Of a DNA stretch of 64,000 nt, positions 24,973 through 38,021 are shown piece after piece. The DNA lies in contig NC_068983.1 in assembly GCF_001194135.2 (NCBI RefSeq), positions 53,218,280 to 53,282,279 of the forward strand, written 5' to 3'. Source of the stretch: Octopus bimaculoides (taxonomy: Eukaryota). The first letter of the stretch is position 1. Every line of letters begins with the position of its first letter. The position numbers and the translations under genes were made by a program. A model generated the notes under the pieces. That model saw only the letters and a program-made list of their open reading frames with translations, was not told the origin of the DNA and made no database searches.

Positions 24973-27819
24973 GTAACTCAGAACATTTCTATAATGTTAT
25001 TCACAACCATCACGCTAGTTATGTTTATAAATGAATTATTCACATACATTCATAAATATGAAATCACCTATTTTCACAAATCACTGTCAAATCACTCTCT
25101 AAAACTTCCTCTATTCATGCCTCAATTTTATCTATTGAAATTCCAACTATTAAATTATGTCTTTACTATACTTCAAAATTTGAATGACTTTGGTTGAATA
25201 TTGGAACAACATGCCAACTTCGTGTGCTTTTAATAACTATGTTATGCTTGATGTTTTGAATATCTATTTTTGTTAAGTTACCATCACTCAATAAATTTTT
25301 CACGTATAAACATACTTCACAATCAAAATTGTATTTAACTTTACTAAACACTTTTGTTTTCCCTGTCTCTGTTCACAAGATTATTCCATATTCAGTTTAT
25401 TGTAATATTTTTTGTTCATTATTTTCTATTCATAATGATTTCCCCACATCTTTAAATTTAATGATTCTATCTTCCAGTTTTCTCTCCCTTTCCAATTGCT
25501 ATTTTTGATATGCAGTCTGGTAAAAAGACCATTTCTAATTAACATATTATGCTCATGTTATGGATAAAATGTAAAATATAAAAGTAATTCTTAAGAAAGA
25601 TTAGTTAATACCATGCAGGAAAATACAAATTAAATTCTAACTCATAATATATAAACAAAACAATAACTGCAATATACTTCTATTAAGAATGGAATGATAG
25701 GCATTGTTTATTTCAACAAGGGCTGCTGTCAGTTTAGTTTCTCGTGGTTTTGGGTATTTTTCGTGATCTTTATTACACTGAGCATTTGAAATCCGTTGGT
25801 ATGGCTCTTATTTATTCCTTCTTCCAACGTTGTTTGCAGGATGAAAATTATGTAATACTTGTTGAATAGTAATTCATGCTACACAGCGCTTGTTCAGGTG
25901 ACACATTCAAGGTTTTTTTTTTTTATAGACAAGATGGATGGATATAGTATTTTCCCTATCTGCTTGTCAAGTTGTCCTCCTTTTTTCATGGCTTTTGCAA
26001 CAAATTTTTTTTTACCTTCTTGTCGTTCTTCATGAAATCTTAAACCCATTAATTTGTATTTTAGCTGGCAGTTATCTTTCATAATACAATGTAACTTTGT
26101 CCGAATGACGGGCAAAATTTTACAAGTTTCCAGTCAGTGAATGTCATAGTTGTAGATTGCTTGGTTCTAAGCTTAGCATAGAAGAATGCTAAAATGCAAA
26201 GCAAGAGACCACAGTTTTGGTAAAATGGGTTAGATTTACTATAAGATAGTTTGGTTAGCAAAAATCTAACATATCTATTCTAAGATCAAATCTTATTTTG
26301 CTTCTCATTTATCTTTTCCTCAGTTCTATTTGTTCTTCTCCCTTTCTGCAATATTTTTGTTTTTGTTTTTTTTTTCCTATTGTTTTTTTATGTTTTACTT
26401 TTCAATATAGAAAAGTTCCTCAGATCTTATATATGCTATATATGTGTCTGTGTATTTCTATATAAATGAGTACGAATGTATTATCAGTATATGCATACTC
26501 TAGTTCAAGCTAAAATAGATGTTATTTAGTAGTATGTAAAATTAATTTCTACATTCACAACAAATCTTAGGTAGATTAAATTGTAACAACATTCATCATA
26601 AAGATGTGCATTGATTAGGATAATATATTGTAGATCAGATTCATATCACCAACATATTAGTACTATGAATAAAAAATATATATGAAATAAGGGCTTTCAT
26701 TGGTTGGGTTGCATGTGAAGACCTGGGCAATGTTTTTTTTTTTGTGCATAGAATACTGGAAGCTACTCATGCATAGCAAGTCTCTCCTATCCACACCAGT
26801 GATGTTGTTCAAGGAAAAAGGTTATTGCTTTTGGGCCACAGTTTAGCAGTAATGTTATTACAGGCATTGTTCATTGAACACAAAGAACTGGAATAAATAC
26901 TGCAAGGCATCTCATCCAATGCTCTAATAGTTCTGCCAATCTACCACCCTGAATTGGTGAATTTTGTTTCATTAACTCTAAAAGGAAGAAATGCAAAGTT
27001 GACATTGACTGCAAAATGTCAAAATAAAATGCCATTATGCATTTTATCCATCTCTCTAATAACTCAGCCAATTTGCTGCCTTCATAGTACCATGGACTAA
27101 TTGTGAAGTAGACAACTAAGGTTCTATTGTAAAAACAATATGGTGATGATGGTAGTCTTTTGTAGTCCAAGAAGCACAGTCATGCAATTTCTTGCTGAAC
27201 AACCTGAACGAATGAGTTGTTTATAATGCTCAAATGTATTTACTGTACATTAGCTGACTTCCTCCATCAAATCAACATTGACTGATCAGGTGCATGGTGT
27301 ACCACATGTCAGGTGCCAAAGTGATTGCAAAGCAATGTGGAATGAATGAGCTCACTCCAAAAAAAATAGCATAACCTGGTCCACGTATTGAAACCCTCAT
27401 CTTGCAACTATGAGAGTAGCACCCAAACCACTAAGCTATGTACCTTCACATGAAAAATATAAAATTGTCCATTATCACTTTTACTTCAATAAAAATCTTT
27501 CCTCCTCTAAATTGAAATTGCATTGCAAGAAATATTATTCTGAGTTATTATTCCCCTCTTATGAAATTTAAGGTAATCTACCTCTGCACAAAGTTCATCA
27601 TAAGTTTTAAACAAACTTTTGATATGATTCCTTAATTCCTGATGTTTGATAGTCATTTAGTATCATCAATAATTTGTGTTATCAAACATGTAAGAATTGT
27701 TTTGACCAACCTGAGAGCCATGAGGATATATACTGAGTCATCTCATAAATAATGAAGTTTTTTCAATTGCATGAACTAAAAATCAGAGGGAGACAGGATA
27801 AACTACTTGCATCAACTTG

Positions 27820-29101
27820 CTATTAAGGCAGGTAGTAATTTTACCTTGTACTTATTCTTAGTGCAAATTTTGAAGAGTGCAGTTCGATTTTAACAATTAT
27901 TTTTTCAAAGCTATAATGGAAATGACAAAGGAGCATATTTGGCATATTTTGTATTATGAGTTCAATAAAGGCAACAACGCAACAGAAAGTGCGCAAAATA
28001 TTAATGCAGTATATGAGGATCAGACAGTAAACATAAACCAGTGTCAATGGTGATTCCAGAAATTCTGAGCTGGAAACTACAGCCTAGAAGATGAGCCTCA
28101 TCCTGGAAGATATGTAGATCTTAATGAAGACACTCTGCAAGATCTGTTGATCTTGATGAAGACATCCTGTGAACCCTGGTGGAACAAAATCCCATTGTGA
28201 CTGTTGAGGAACTAGCAGGAAGCTTGGATTTGGTCATTCAACCATTCATCGATACCTGTGTGCCATCGAAAAAGTCAGCAAATTGAGTCAATGGGTTCTT
28301 CACAAACTTTCCAATTCTAATCATACACAGAGAGTGAATGTGTGCTCTTCTTTGTTATCATGTCTCATGAATGAACTTTTTTTTGGCCCAAATAGTGACT
28401 GGTGACGAGAAATGGGTTCTCTATAAAAATGTCAAGTGCCTAAGACAGTGGGGTAGGGAAAGGAAAAACACTAGCAACTCAGGTTAAAGAAGGTATTTAA
28501 CCATGTAAGGTGTTGTTATCTGTTTGGTGGGATGTGAAAGGTTTAGTTTACTTAGAATTTTTAAACCCAAACCAAATGATAACAAAGGGGGATACTGCAA
28601 GCAGCTTGAGCAGCTTAAGTCAGCACTAGAAGAAAAACAACCATCTTTGGTTTCAAGATGAAAGGTGTTCTTCCATCAGGATAATGCTCAGNNNNNNNNN
28701 NAAGATGAAAGGTGTTCTTCCATCAGGATAATGCTCAGCCACATACAGCAAAGATGACATTCCAAAGGCTGGAGCAGTTTGAATGGGAAACGATGCCCCC
28801 ACCCATCAGATTTGCCGGACATTGCCCCATCTGATTATCATTTATTCTGCAGTCTTCAAAATCATTCAGATGGAAAAAATATGAATTTTGCAGATGAGGT
28901 GAGGATAGTACTGAAGGAGTATTTTTCATCATGGACAAGTGAAGTTTGGATGAAGGGGGCCTTACAAGTCTACCAGATAGATGGAAGAACATTGTAGAAA
29001 ATGAAGGAGAGTATATTTTAGAATAAAAAAGAACTTTGTTTATTTTAATTTTGAAAAATAAAAGAAGTATAAATGACTGCATTATTTATGGGATGACCTA
29101 A
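27820..29101 (+). mobile_element. Decayed near full-length mariner (DD34D-type) transposon
   Basis: ATG at 27916: MEMTKEHIWHILYYEFNKG..SLEDEPHPGR, WVLHKL, VTGDEKWVLYKN, HQDNAQPH, DIAPSDYHLF; right TIR ..TTTATGGGATGACCTAA-TA; stops and an assembly gap inside. Confidence 0.9.
28692..28701. other. Assembly gap (10 N) flanked by a 37-bp identical overlap
   Basis: 28655-28691 equals 28702-28738. Confidence 0.95.
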
Positions 29102-30560
29102 TATATATAAAAGTTTATTTTAAATTCTGGATTCAAATGCTAGCAAGTTAAATAATGTAAGAATTGTCTATATTAAGTTTGATTGCAAATTAAATGTATA
29201 TAACCTACAAAACTGGTAACCAAACAAAATTACATGACACACTATAGAACAAGGCAGGGTGAGAATTACTTCCAGAATAATATATCATGCAATTTCTTTT
29301 GAAAACTAATTGCAAAATCTACATCACAAACTATTTTATTCCAGATACTGGATAATATGCAAGCATTATGGCATATTTGTATACATGCGTATGTATGTGT
29401 GTGTTTGTATGAGTGTATGTATGTGTGTGTGTAGCCACATATGAGGATGGTTCTAGCCGTATGAAAAGTATTTAGGCTTTTGGGTACTCAACCCACATTT
29501 TCTATATAGAGGTTATAAAACTAAAGTAATTTGTGAGTAAATCTTAGAACTACTTACTTTTTGCAATAAATGTGGTGTATTTCTTTGCAGTTTACTGTCT
29601 CACTTCACAGTGAAACTCGAATTGTAATACGTAACAGATTTAAAGATAAATATACTATCTGGAGCCATTCATTGTCTCCATCAAATCCTTCTTATTAATG
29701 ATCTTTGAATTGAATTATAAATCATAAGTCTTAAACTATTCAGAGTATGTATGTCACCAGTGAAGTTTGGAATTGAGATTCTTTAACTACCATTCCAATG
29801 TTCTTTATTAAATTTTAGCTCTCAGCAACCATGTTCCTTCACAATACAGCATTTACTAAATGTAAGGATTCATTATTGATGCCAAATGTAATAATTTATT
29901 TGCTGTAGAATGCATTTTCAAATATAATCTATATTATGTACAATGACTCTGAAATTAAGGTGCTGCACCAGTAGGCCATAAGTTCATATTTTACCATTAG
30001 AGTTATTGTGTCGTGTATCTGAGCTGGAGATATAGCTCTGTTTGCTCCAGTTTGCTTGACTGAACAAAAAACAGGCTCCACTTTTTATTTAATGGTTGAG
30101 TGGTTAGTTATAAAAAGGGCAACCAGTTGTACAGAGGATAACTCCAACAAATAAATCATTCATTCATCTAATTAATCATAAGAAATAACTTTTTTAGCAA
30201 TGTCCTTAACTCTTCTGACACAAAATTCCCAGAGACTGTTTCTAGTTTTGTGATACAAACCCTTTCATTTTAAAGTGTTCAGATTTAAATTAAAACATTC
30301 CATCATAATCTTGTGAAAGAAACTGTCTTTAAGTTATGTTTTGAACATTATTGTTGTAATGAAAAAGCTAGTTATTTTAATAAATCCATATAGATTCTTG
30401 GTTGTTTCCAAAATTATTAAAGAAAAATTGGCATATTTCAGCAAAATTATGCTAAGGAAATTGATACATTCATGTGGTGTCATAATTTAATGTTATGTAA
30501 ATTTTAGTTGAACTATACTTGCTTTTACATTCTTTTAATGTGTGTGTGTGTTTGTGTGTG

Positions 30561-30779
30561 TAAGGTGGCGAGCTGGCAGAAATGTTTGCACATCATGCAA
30601 AATGTTTAGCAATATTTCATCCATCTTTACGTTCTGAGTTTGAATTCCACCAAGGTTGACTTTGCCTTTCATCTTTTCGGGGTCAATAAATTAGATACCA
30701 GTTGCATACTGGGGTCGATCTAATTGACTGGCCACCCCTCCTCCAAAATTTCGAGCCTTGTGCCTAGAGTAGAAAAGGA
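30561..30779 (+). mobile_element. tRNA-derived SINE
   Basis: AAGGTGGCGAGCTGGCAGAAA head, GGGGTCAATAAATT core, CTTGTGCCTAGAGTAGAAA tail. Confidence 0.85.
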
Positions 30780-32058
30780 TGTGTGTGTGTGTGTGTGTGT
30801 GCATTTCATTGACTATCCTTTATCTTTCTCATAACAAAACCAACAGAAACCTTAATTGCTATCTGCACATTCCAGTACATTCATCCATAGTTGATTTCAC
30901 TGTGGTTAGTTTGTTAACATTTTATTATCTAGCATTCATTTCGAATTTTTCTATTGATATTCATTCAGTCATTTTAGTTTTCTTTGTTGTTAAAATTATC
31001 CTCAACTTGTTACCATCTTTTGTGGATTGCTTAGTTTCTGAAAACACACCAAACATGTGTTCAGATGATGCCAGAGAATTTGAAATCCCCTCAAATCCAT
31101 CCACTGTATTGATCTTTATATCATCAGTATTTAAATTTTTAGTGCAAGTGATTTTTTAACCAATCAAATAATTCCTGAAGTTGTAAACCACATTCATGAC
31201 AGGTTACAGATACAGATTTAAGCTTAATGAACTGCTGCCTCTTGATATCAGGAAGAATGAAATTTCCGAAAATGTTGATGAGCTGTAAAGTAACAACAGT
31301 GTTTTAGAAATTGATGTTGGAGATGGTGCTAATCACCCTCATTGTCCAGATGATCTGAATCCCAAGGATATTTTTGAAATGGCAGTGGTGAATAACTTGA
31401 ACTATCCACGCTTGATGTTCATAAATTATTTTCATCTTACAGTCACAAATATGGTGTTTGTTAAAACTGGTTTCATCAATGCCATTGTATATAGTATGTG
31501 TTTGCCTTCAGTGAAAAGTGGAGAAAGTTGTGAGTGAAATAAAGAGTCCTTTGTAAAAACAAAGTGTTCATATATTGGGAATATTTTGTGTAACCAGCCA
31601 CTACTTTGTTAAGGTTTTCCTGTATCTTCTTAATAGCTTTTTATTCATATGATTTTGTCTCAAACAAGGTTTGTAAAAGAAGGTATGGAAGGTCTTGAAT
31701 GAGGGTACTAAGCCAGAAAGTTCGTCAGAGCCATGGCTTTAACATCCATATAGAAAAGATACAATGAAGATATATATTTCTTTTTTTTTTCAAAAATGTG
31801 AGCCAAGGAGCCCAAGCTAGTAGAAAGAAGTGACCCACCATGTTCAGAACTGGATACTGAACTTGATCAAGTAATTAAGATACAAAGAGGAAACACCAGT
31901 TGAAAGATGACAGCATCATTCATTGCAAAGTTGAATGGTGGCCTTATAGAGATGTAAGATATTCTCGGGTGTAAAGCATTTGTGAGCACAGAGGAGGGAT
32001 TGTGGTGGAGGCTATTTGACAACTCTCACTTGAAAGTTGGGGAACTGTGGAACCAGAT

Positions 32059-32089
<31 letters not shown>

Positions 32090-32739
32090 TTTTTGATACT
32101 AAAAGACTCTAAGATCATTGTTGCTACATTCCACTGATAAGTTCAATACTGATTGTCAGTGTCATGAAATAATAGTTTTTCACATTTTGGAAAACTCTCT
32201 CCTCTTTTTTTCTCTGCTACTTCATCAATCTTGCCATCTTTTATCATTTTTGTTTCCCTACTTCACACTTTCTTTCTTTGTCTCATCATTCTGATCTCAT
32301 CTCTAATTTTCTTCCAGTATTTTTTGCAATTCCCCACACACACACATATATATATACATAGACAGACAAATGTCTACGTGTGTGTGTGTACACATATAGA
32401 CACATGTGAATATGTGTGTGCACATGTAGACATGTAAATACATATGTACAAAACAACTGATTACCAAAAGAAGAGCAAAATATATAGTGTTTAGTTGAAC
32501 CTGAAAACACTGCAAGGTGTTATTTAGAGTTTCCTGTTTGATGACTGATTGCATGAAGCTCAGATCAACATTTTTTAAAGATTTTCAGCTTCAGTAACAC
32601 TCAATATACATACATATACATACAAGTACATCTATATATATATCTATGTATGTATATATGTTTATACATGTGTGTGTGTACATATATATAATGTATGTAT
32701 ATGTATATTTGTACATATTTTCATAGTTAGGTCATCTAT

Positions 32740-33470
32740 AAAGGTCTCTATGAGGTACTGCCAGACATTAGACATGGTGAGTGACCCACTGTACTGCATT
32801 TCAGCCAACTTTACAAGTATGCTTATTGTAAGTGCAAAAAGGAATTCTTGAAATGGTACATCCAGCAACAATACCTTTCTCAAGCTTGTGCCATTGTGTT
32901 GTTATAGAAGCAGCAGAGACTCTTACACTGAAGCTGTAATAATCAAAAATGAAGTCCCTGAATCTATCTGGCATATGGGACCTGTTCAGCACCTCTTCAA
33001 CCAGCTTAAAGTCTTTGGACCCCTATGCATTTTCAAAATTCTGTTTTAACACTGCCAAGTCTATTTTCGTTTTACAAGCTTTTTTGATCAACTGGATGAT
33101 ACCACCAAAGTGCTTCAGACACACAAATACTTTTAGGATTCTGCTTTTCTTAACTGTAGAGGTTCTGTTAAGTGTAGGGATTCTTCAGGAGGTATTATGT
33201 CAAGTGACTAGCAACAATGTTGAGAAGTATCTTCCCTTAAACTTTGAGTAGTGTGATTCTTCTAAACTGTTTGATGCTTTTTGGCTCTTCTAAAATATGG
33301 AACACACTTTGGCAGCTCTTGTACAACTTGTAAGACAGCTTAGTCCTGAGGTTGAACCTGCCCTGGCCTTCTTGACCACTTCCTAGATTTCCTTCCAAAT
33401 TCCAGAATTGTTGAAGGTCAAGGACTTGTAGTGTTCTAGAATTACATCCCTGCAAGATTCACTGAAGGAG
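32740..33470 (-). mobile_element. HERO/R2-superfamily-like reverse transcriptase fragment
   Basis: Minus translation IDLAVL..FENA*GS..KLVEEVL..HMP..FIFDYY..WHKLEKGIVAGCTIS, plus LQQFWNLEG..GQGRFNLRTK; family assignment from recalled motifs. Confidence 0.65.
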
Positions 33471-33644
33471 GCTCTGCAGTGAATGTGAGATTCACCATTA
33501 GAGCATGAATTCAGTGCTGCACTTCTGCCTCAACAACAATTTTGTAATTTCACATGGGTTTGTGAGAATGCTAGCTCAGATCATGACTATATCTTCCCTC
33601 AGTTCATGTATAAGCATGCGTATATATGTATGTATGTATGTATG

Positions 33645-33675
<31 letters not shown>

Positions 33676-33947
33676 TTTTTTTTTTGTTTCTTCCTTTGAT
33701 ATATTTATCTTCATTGTACACTTCTCTGATTACTGTTTTACTGCTTTATATATTTTTATGCTTTTTCAGGTATATCCATTTGCCTGTCTGACTCCTAGTA
33801 TTATTTGTTTGTAACCTCTTTGTTTCATATTCTTAATCATTTTATTTATATGATTTTTATCTATCCATATCCTATGCAGAATATGTCATGGATACTTTGC
33901 AAATTGATAATTTGCAAATTAATAGCAACTAATATATATACATATAT

Positions 33948-34500
33948 CATCATCATCATTTAACGTCCATTGTCCATGTTGGCATGGTTGGATGGTTTGG
34001 CTGGGCTGCCACATTGGAGGCTGCACCAGACTCCAGTCTGATTTGGCATGGTTTTCTATGGCTGGATGCCCTTCCTAACACCAACCACTCTGAGAGTATG
34101 ATGGGTGCTTTTACGTGCCACTGGCATGGGTGCCATTTGCATGACACCAGTATCTACTATGTCTGCGATTTTGCTCTGCTTCATGGGTCTTTTTTTCAAG
34201 CATGACATAATGCCAAATGTTTCGGTCATTGCCTCTGTGAGGCCCAACACTCGAAACGAACTCAGCCACTTTGCCTCCGTGAGGCCCAATGCTCAAAAAG
34301 GAAGTCAGCCACTTTGCTTCCATGAGACCCAACACTCAAAAAGTGTTCTTTACATGCCACCAGCACGGGACTTCTACCACAGGTTCCCTCCACAGAGATT
34401 GGCACTTTTTCACACATGAGCTGCCTTCATCCATACACATCCTATGACCATACCAGCACAGCCATCTCTCTTGCACAACACATCTGATGCCTCTTATGTA
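33948..34500 (-). mobile_element. (GAT)n-tailed repeat copy with internal 42-43 bp tandem units
   Basis: Family core plus units at 34229-34270, 34271-34313 and 34314-34343. Confidence 0.75.
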
Positions 34501-34504
34501 TATA

Positions 34505-34564
<60 letters not shown>

Positions 34565-35440
34565 AATTATATCATATTACATTATAATATATTATATTAT
34601 ATTTATGTGTGTATGCATATATATATATGTGTGTGCAAGTATGTGTGTTAAGTAATATTATTGATTGCATGACATTATTATATACCAGCTGACCCTATGC
34701 TGTCAAAAATGATGTCTAATTGTAATATTTTATATATAAAATGGGTTCAAAAAGGTGAAAAAAGTATCAGTGCTTCAACTGTGTGCGTGTGTGTGTGTAT
34801 GCATGTGAGCATGTGTGTGTGCATATTTATACATTTATATGTATGAGTAGCACAATCTGTAGTGGACACAGTTTTCTATATTTTGTCACAGTCTGCTTCC
34901 TTCCTTTTTAAGTGTGTCTATTTTTATATATATATATATATATGTGTGTGTGTATGTGTAAAAGTGCGTGTGTCTGTAATTCTATTTTCTATGTATCTTT
35001 CTAAATAAACATACACAAACATATGTACACTCAGTCAAATATATAAACATATTTTACACAAACATTCACATTCCTCCCTTTTACACGCAGAGACATATAC
35101 TCACACAGAGTTGAAGCACTGTTTGATTTTTGTTTCACCATTGACTTTTCACCATCCCACTTTCATCAGTGAATCACCCCTTCCTTTCTCATTCATATGT
35201 TGTGTCAGAGAAATACACAAGAGTATTATTATGGTAGATTATAATTGTAGAAGATACACGACATTCTCTTTGCCACTTCCTCTCTCTCATTGCTATTACT
35301 GTCTCTCACTCCCTCTCAGTCATGGTTATTACTCTCACTACTTCTCCTTCACTGAATCACTATTTTCTCTCCTCTTCCTTCACTATTTACTCTGGCTGCA
35401 TGATTTTGGACAAATATATATATATATATATACACACATA

Positions 35441-35480
<40 letters not shown>

Positions 35481-35769
35481 TATACATGTATATATATATA
35501 TATATATACATGTATATATATATACATGTATATATATTCTCATTCCTATACATAGAAGTCATCCCATAACTTTATTTTGTTAATCATGTACCTTTTTGTT
35601 CAGTTTTGAGTCAAATAATTTATTATTATATTATTCGTACCATATCCGTTTACCAATCAGATGTGTTGGAATTGTTTCTTTTTTTCTTTTTCTTTTATGT
35701 CTGGAAATAATTGATATTACTGTGTACATACATATGTATCTGTGTGTGTGTGTGTATGTGTGTATGTAA

Positions 35770-36065
35770 AGTTCCTTGTCTTGCAAGTTACTTGGTGACC
35801 CTGCAGTTGCTGGTGACATGGCCAGTACCATGTAAAAAGCATCAAGTCTACACGGCGAAGTGGTTGGCATTTAGAAGGGCATCCAGCTTTAAAAACCATG
35901 CCAAAACAGACCTTGTTTGTGCTGGAGCCATGTAAAAAGTGCTTAATCCATCCTGCAGGGTGGTTGGTGTTAGAAAGTGCATCCAGCCATAAATGCCATG
36001 CCAAAACAGACAGAAGTCTGGTGCAGTCTTCTACCTGGCTGGATTTATGAATGATGTTGATGATG
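35770..36065 (+). mobile_element. (GAT)n-tailed repeat copy in the opposite orientation
   Basis: Reverse complement aligns by eye to 34010-34120; ends in GATGATG. Confidence 0.7.
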
Positions 36066-36604
36066 ATATATATAAATATATTTATATACTAGCTGAGTAT
36101 CCTGCCCTTGCTGGGTAATTTTTTCTCAATAGAATGCCTTGGCAGATTTTGGGAATAGCATACTCACATGCTGGATTTTCTCCATTTTGATGGGGATTTT
36201 CAAATTTTTTCCCACTACACCCTTGAAAATGATGGAAGGAGGAACATTTTATGAATCACTCCTCTCTGTTTCTGGACCAATTTTGTTTCTGTACTATGCA
36301 CTTTTAGACAATGGGAGGTGCCTTTTTAGTGAAGGAAGGAAAACAAAATTGTTTTGAAAATTTATGAATTTTTCATCTTCCCCTCTCCCATTCAGTACCA
36401 GTTTCGGCCAATTTTTTTCTTTATGCATTACACTTAAAATCAATGGAAAAAGCCTTGAAAGTTTTAAAAAAGGAAATGGCAACCACCATTGCAATCCTCA
36501 CTTTATTTATTTTCAAACAGGAAATGAAACAATTTAAGAACAATAGTGAAATCATTATTTACATTATTTACATTTGACAGATATTTGTCTTCATCTTGTT
36601 TGTT

Positions 36605-36650
36605 AACACAACATTTCAGCTGATATACCCTCCAGCCTTCATCAGGTGTC
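36605..36650 (-). ncRNA. Minimal type I hammerhead ribozyme motif
   Basis: GACAC-CUGAUGA-A-GGCUG(GAGGGUAUAU)CAGCU-GAAA-UGUU-GUGUU: stem I GACAC/GUGUU, stem II, catalytic boxes and GUU triplet are all readable. Confidence 0.7.
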
Positions 36651-36896
36651 TTGGGAAAATTTCGAACCTGGGCTCTCATTCCTAAGGTATTTTTCAATGT
36701 TGTTGTTATTGTTGTTGTTGTTACTATTATTATTGTTATTATTATTATTATTATTCAGGTCACTGCCTGGGGTTGAACTCGGAACCTTGCCCACGGGCAT
36801 ATGGCGTAGCGGTTAAAAGCACGGGCTACTAACTCCAAGATTCTGAGTTCGATTTCAGGCTGTGACCTGAATAATAATAATGATATTAATAATAAC

Positions 36897-36927
<31 letters not shown>

Positions 36928-36974
36928 TCGAAAAATACCTTAGGAATGATAACCGACGTTCAAAATTTCCCTAA

Positions 36975-37016
36975 AACACCTGATGAAGACTGGAGGGTAT
37001 ATCAGCCGAAATGTTG
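36975..37016 (+). ncRNA. Degenerate hammerhead ribozyme motif, second copy
   Basis: AACAC-CUGAUGA-A-GACUG(GAGGGUAUAU)CAGCC-GAAA-UGUU; 3' strand of stem I largely deleted; one mismatch in stem II. Confidence 0.55.
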
Positions 37017-37793
37017 AACAAACAAGATGAGGACAAATATCTGTCAAATGTAAATAATGTACATGATTCCTCATCTCTTAAAAAAAATAAGCAAAACACA
37101 GGCATACAACTGAGTTGTAGGTAGATTTACTTCTGCCTTTATAGCGCATAATGAAAACATTGTAGGAATCTATGCAGCATGTGTACTACAGCAGTACTAT
37201 GCATAGCATTAATACTGGGATTGAAAGGCAGGAGTGAATTATGCCTATGTAATCTGCAAAACAATAAAATAGCTTGCATTTTATGCCTAGTAATCAGAGT
37301 AACCTTCATAACCTTATTGAATTAGGTGCATATTTTGCCATGAGAGGAAAATGTTACTATCGATCTATTTTATTCAGGGTTGGCACTGCCTACCTTGGCT
37401 ACCCAGGTGGCACATCCCTGACATACATATATATGAATGTATGCATATATGTATGTATACTTCTATATATTTATAGACATATATGTATATATATGTATAT
37501 GTATATATTTATCATCATCATCATTATCATCGTCATCAATTGACATCTTTTCCATGCTGACATGGATCGAGCAGTTTGACATGAACAGATGAGCCAAAAG
37601 GCTGTGCTGAGTTGTAATGTCTGCTTTAGCATGGTTTTGAGAGCTGGATGCCCTTATTAATGCCAACCACTTCACAGAGTGTACTGGGTGCTCTCTTCAT
37701 GGCACCTGCACTGATGAGGTCAACAAGTATCCATGAGACAGGCCCCTTCAACTCAGTGGGGTTAAGAAAGTATAATAGAAGGACAGGAGCAGG

Positions 37794-38021
37794 CAGCGAG
37801 CTGGCAGAAACGTTACCCCGCCTGGCGAAATGCTTAGCAGTATTTCGTCTGCCATTACATTCTAAGTTCAAATTCCGCCGAGGTCGACTTTGCCTTTCAT
37901 CCTTTCGGGGTCGATAAATTAAGTACCAGTTACGCACTGGGGTCGATGTAGTCAACTTAGTCCCTTTGTCTGTCTTTGTTTGTCCCCTCTATGTTTAGCC
38001 CCTTGTGGGCAATAAAGAAAT
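37794..38021 (+). mobile_element. tRNA-derived SINE with 15-bp flanking direct repeat
   Basis: AAGGACAGGAGCAGG at 37779-37793 and 38022-38036; body nearly collinear with the 19027-19257 copy. Confidence 0.9.

Larger units (their letters stand above)
36561..37060. mobile_element. Head-to-head inverted pair of tRNA-headed Penelope-like non-autonomous elements
   Basis: Arms 36561-36789 and 36836-37060 are reverse complements; A box TGGCGTAGCGG 36802-36812; B box GAGTTCGATTTC 36845-36856; (AAT)n spacer; tail with CTGATGAAG..GAAA and TGTAAATAATGT end. Confidence 0.75.

Noticed and set aside
25690-26115. CpG-containing, protein-like minus-strand stretch
   Set aside because: Probably a TE remnant, but no motif could be assigned with any confidence
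28655-28738. 37-bp perfect direct repeat in the mariner element
   Set aside because: It flanks a 10-N gap exactly, as expected for unmerged overlapping contig ends, so it is most likely an assembly artefact
34229-34343. CRISPR-like appearance of regularly spaced repeats
   Set aside because: Units are contiguous with no unique spacers, lie inside a eukaryotic retroposon, and there are no cas genes
37705-37745. Other CTGATGA occurrences (also ~8310, ~35165 minus) as hammerhead candidates
   Set aside because: No stem II followed by GAAA and no stem I pairing
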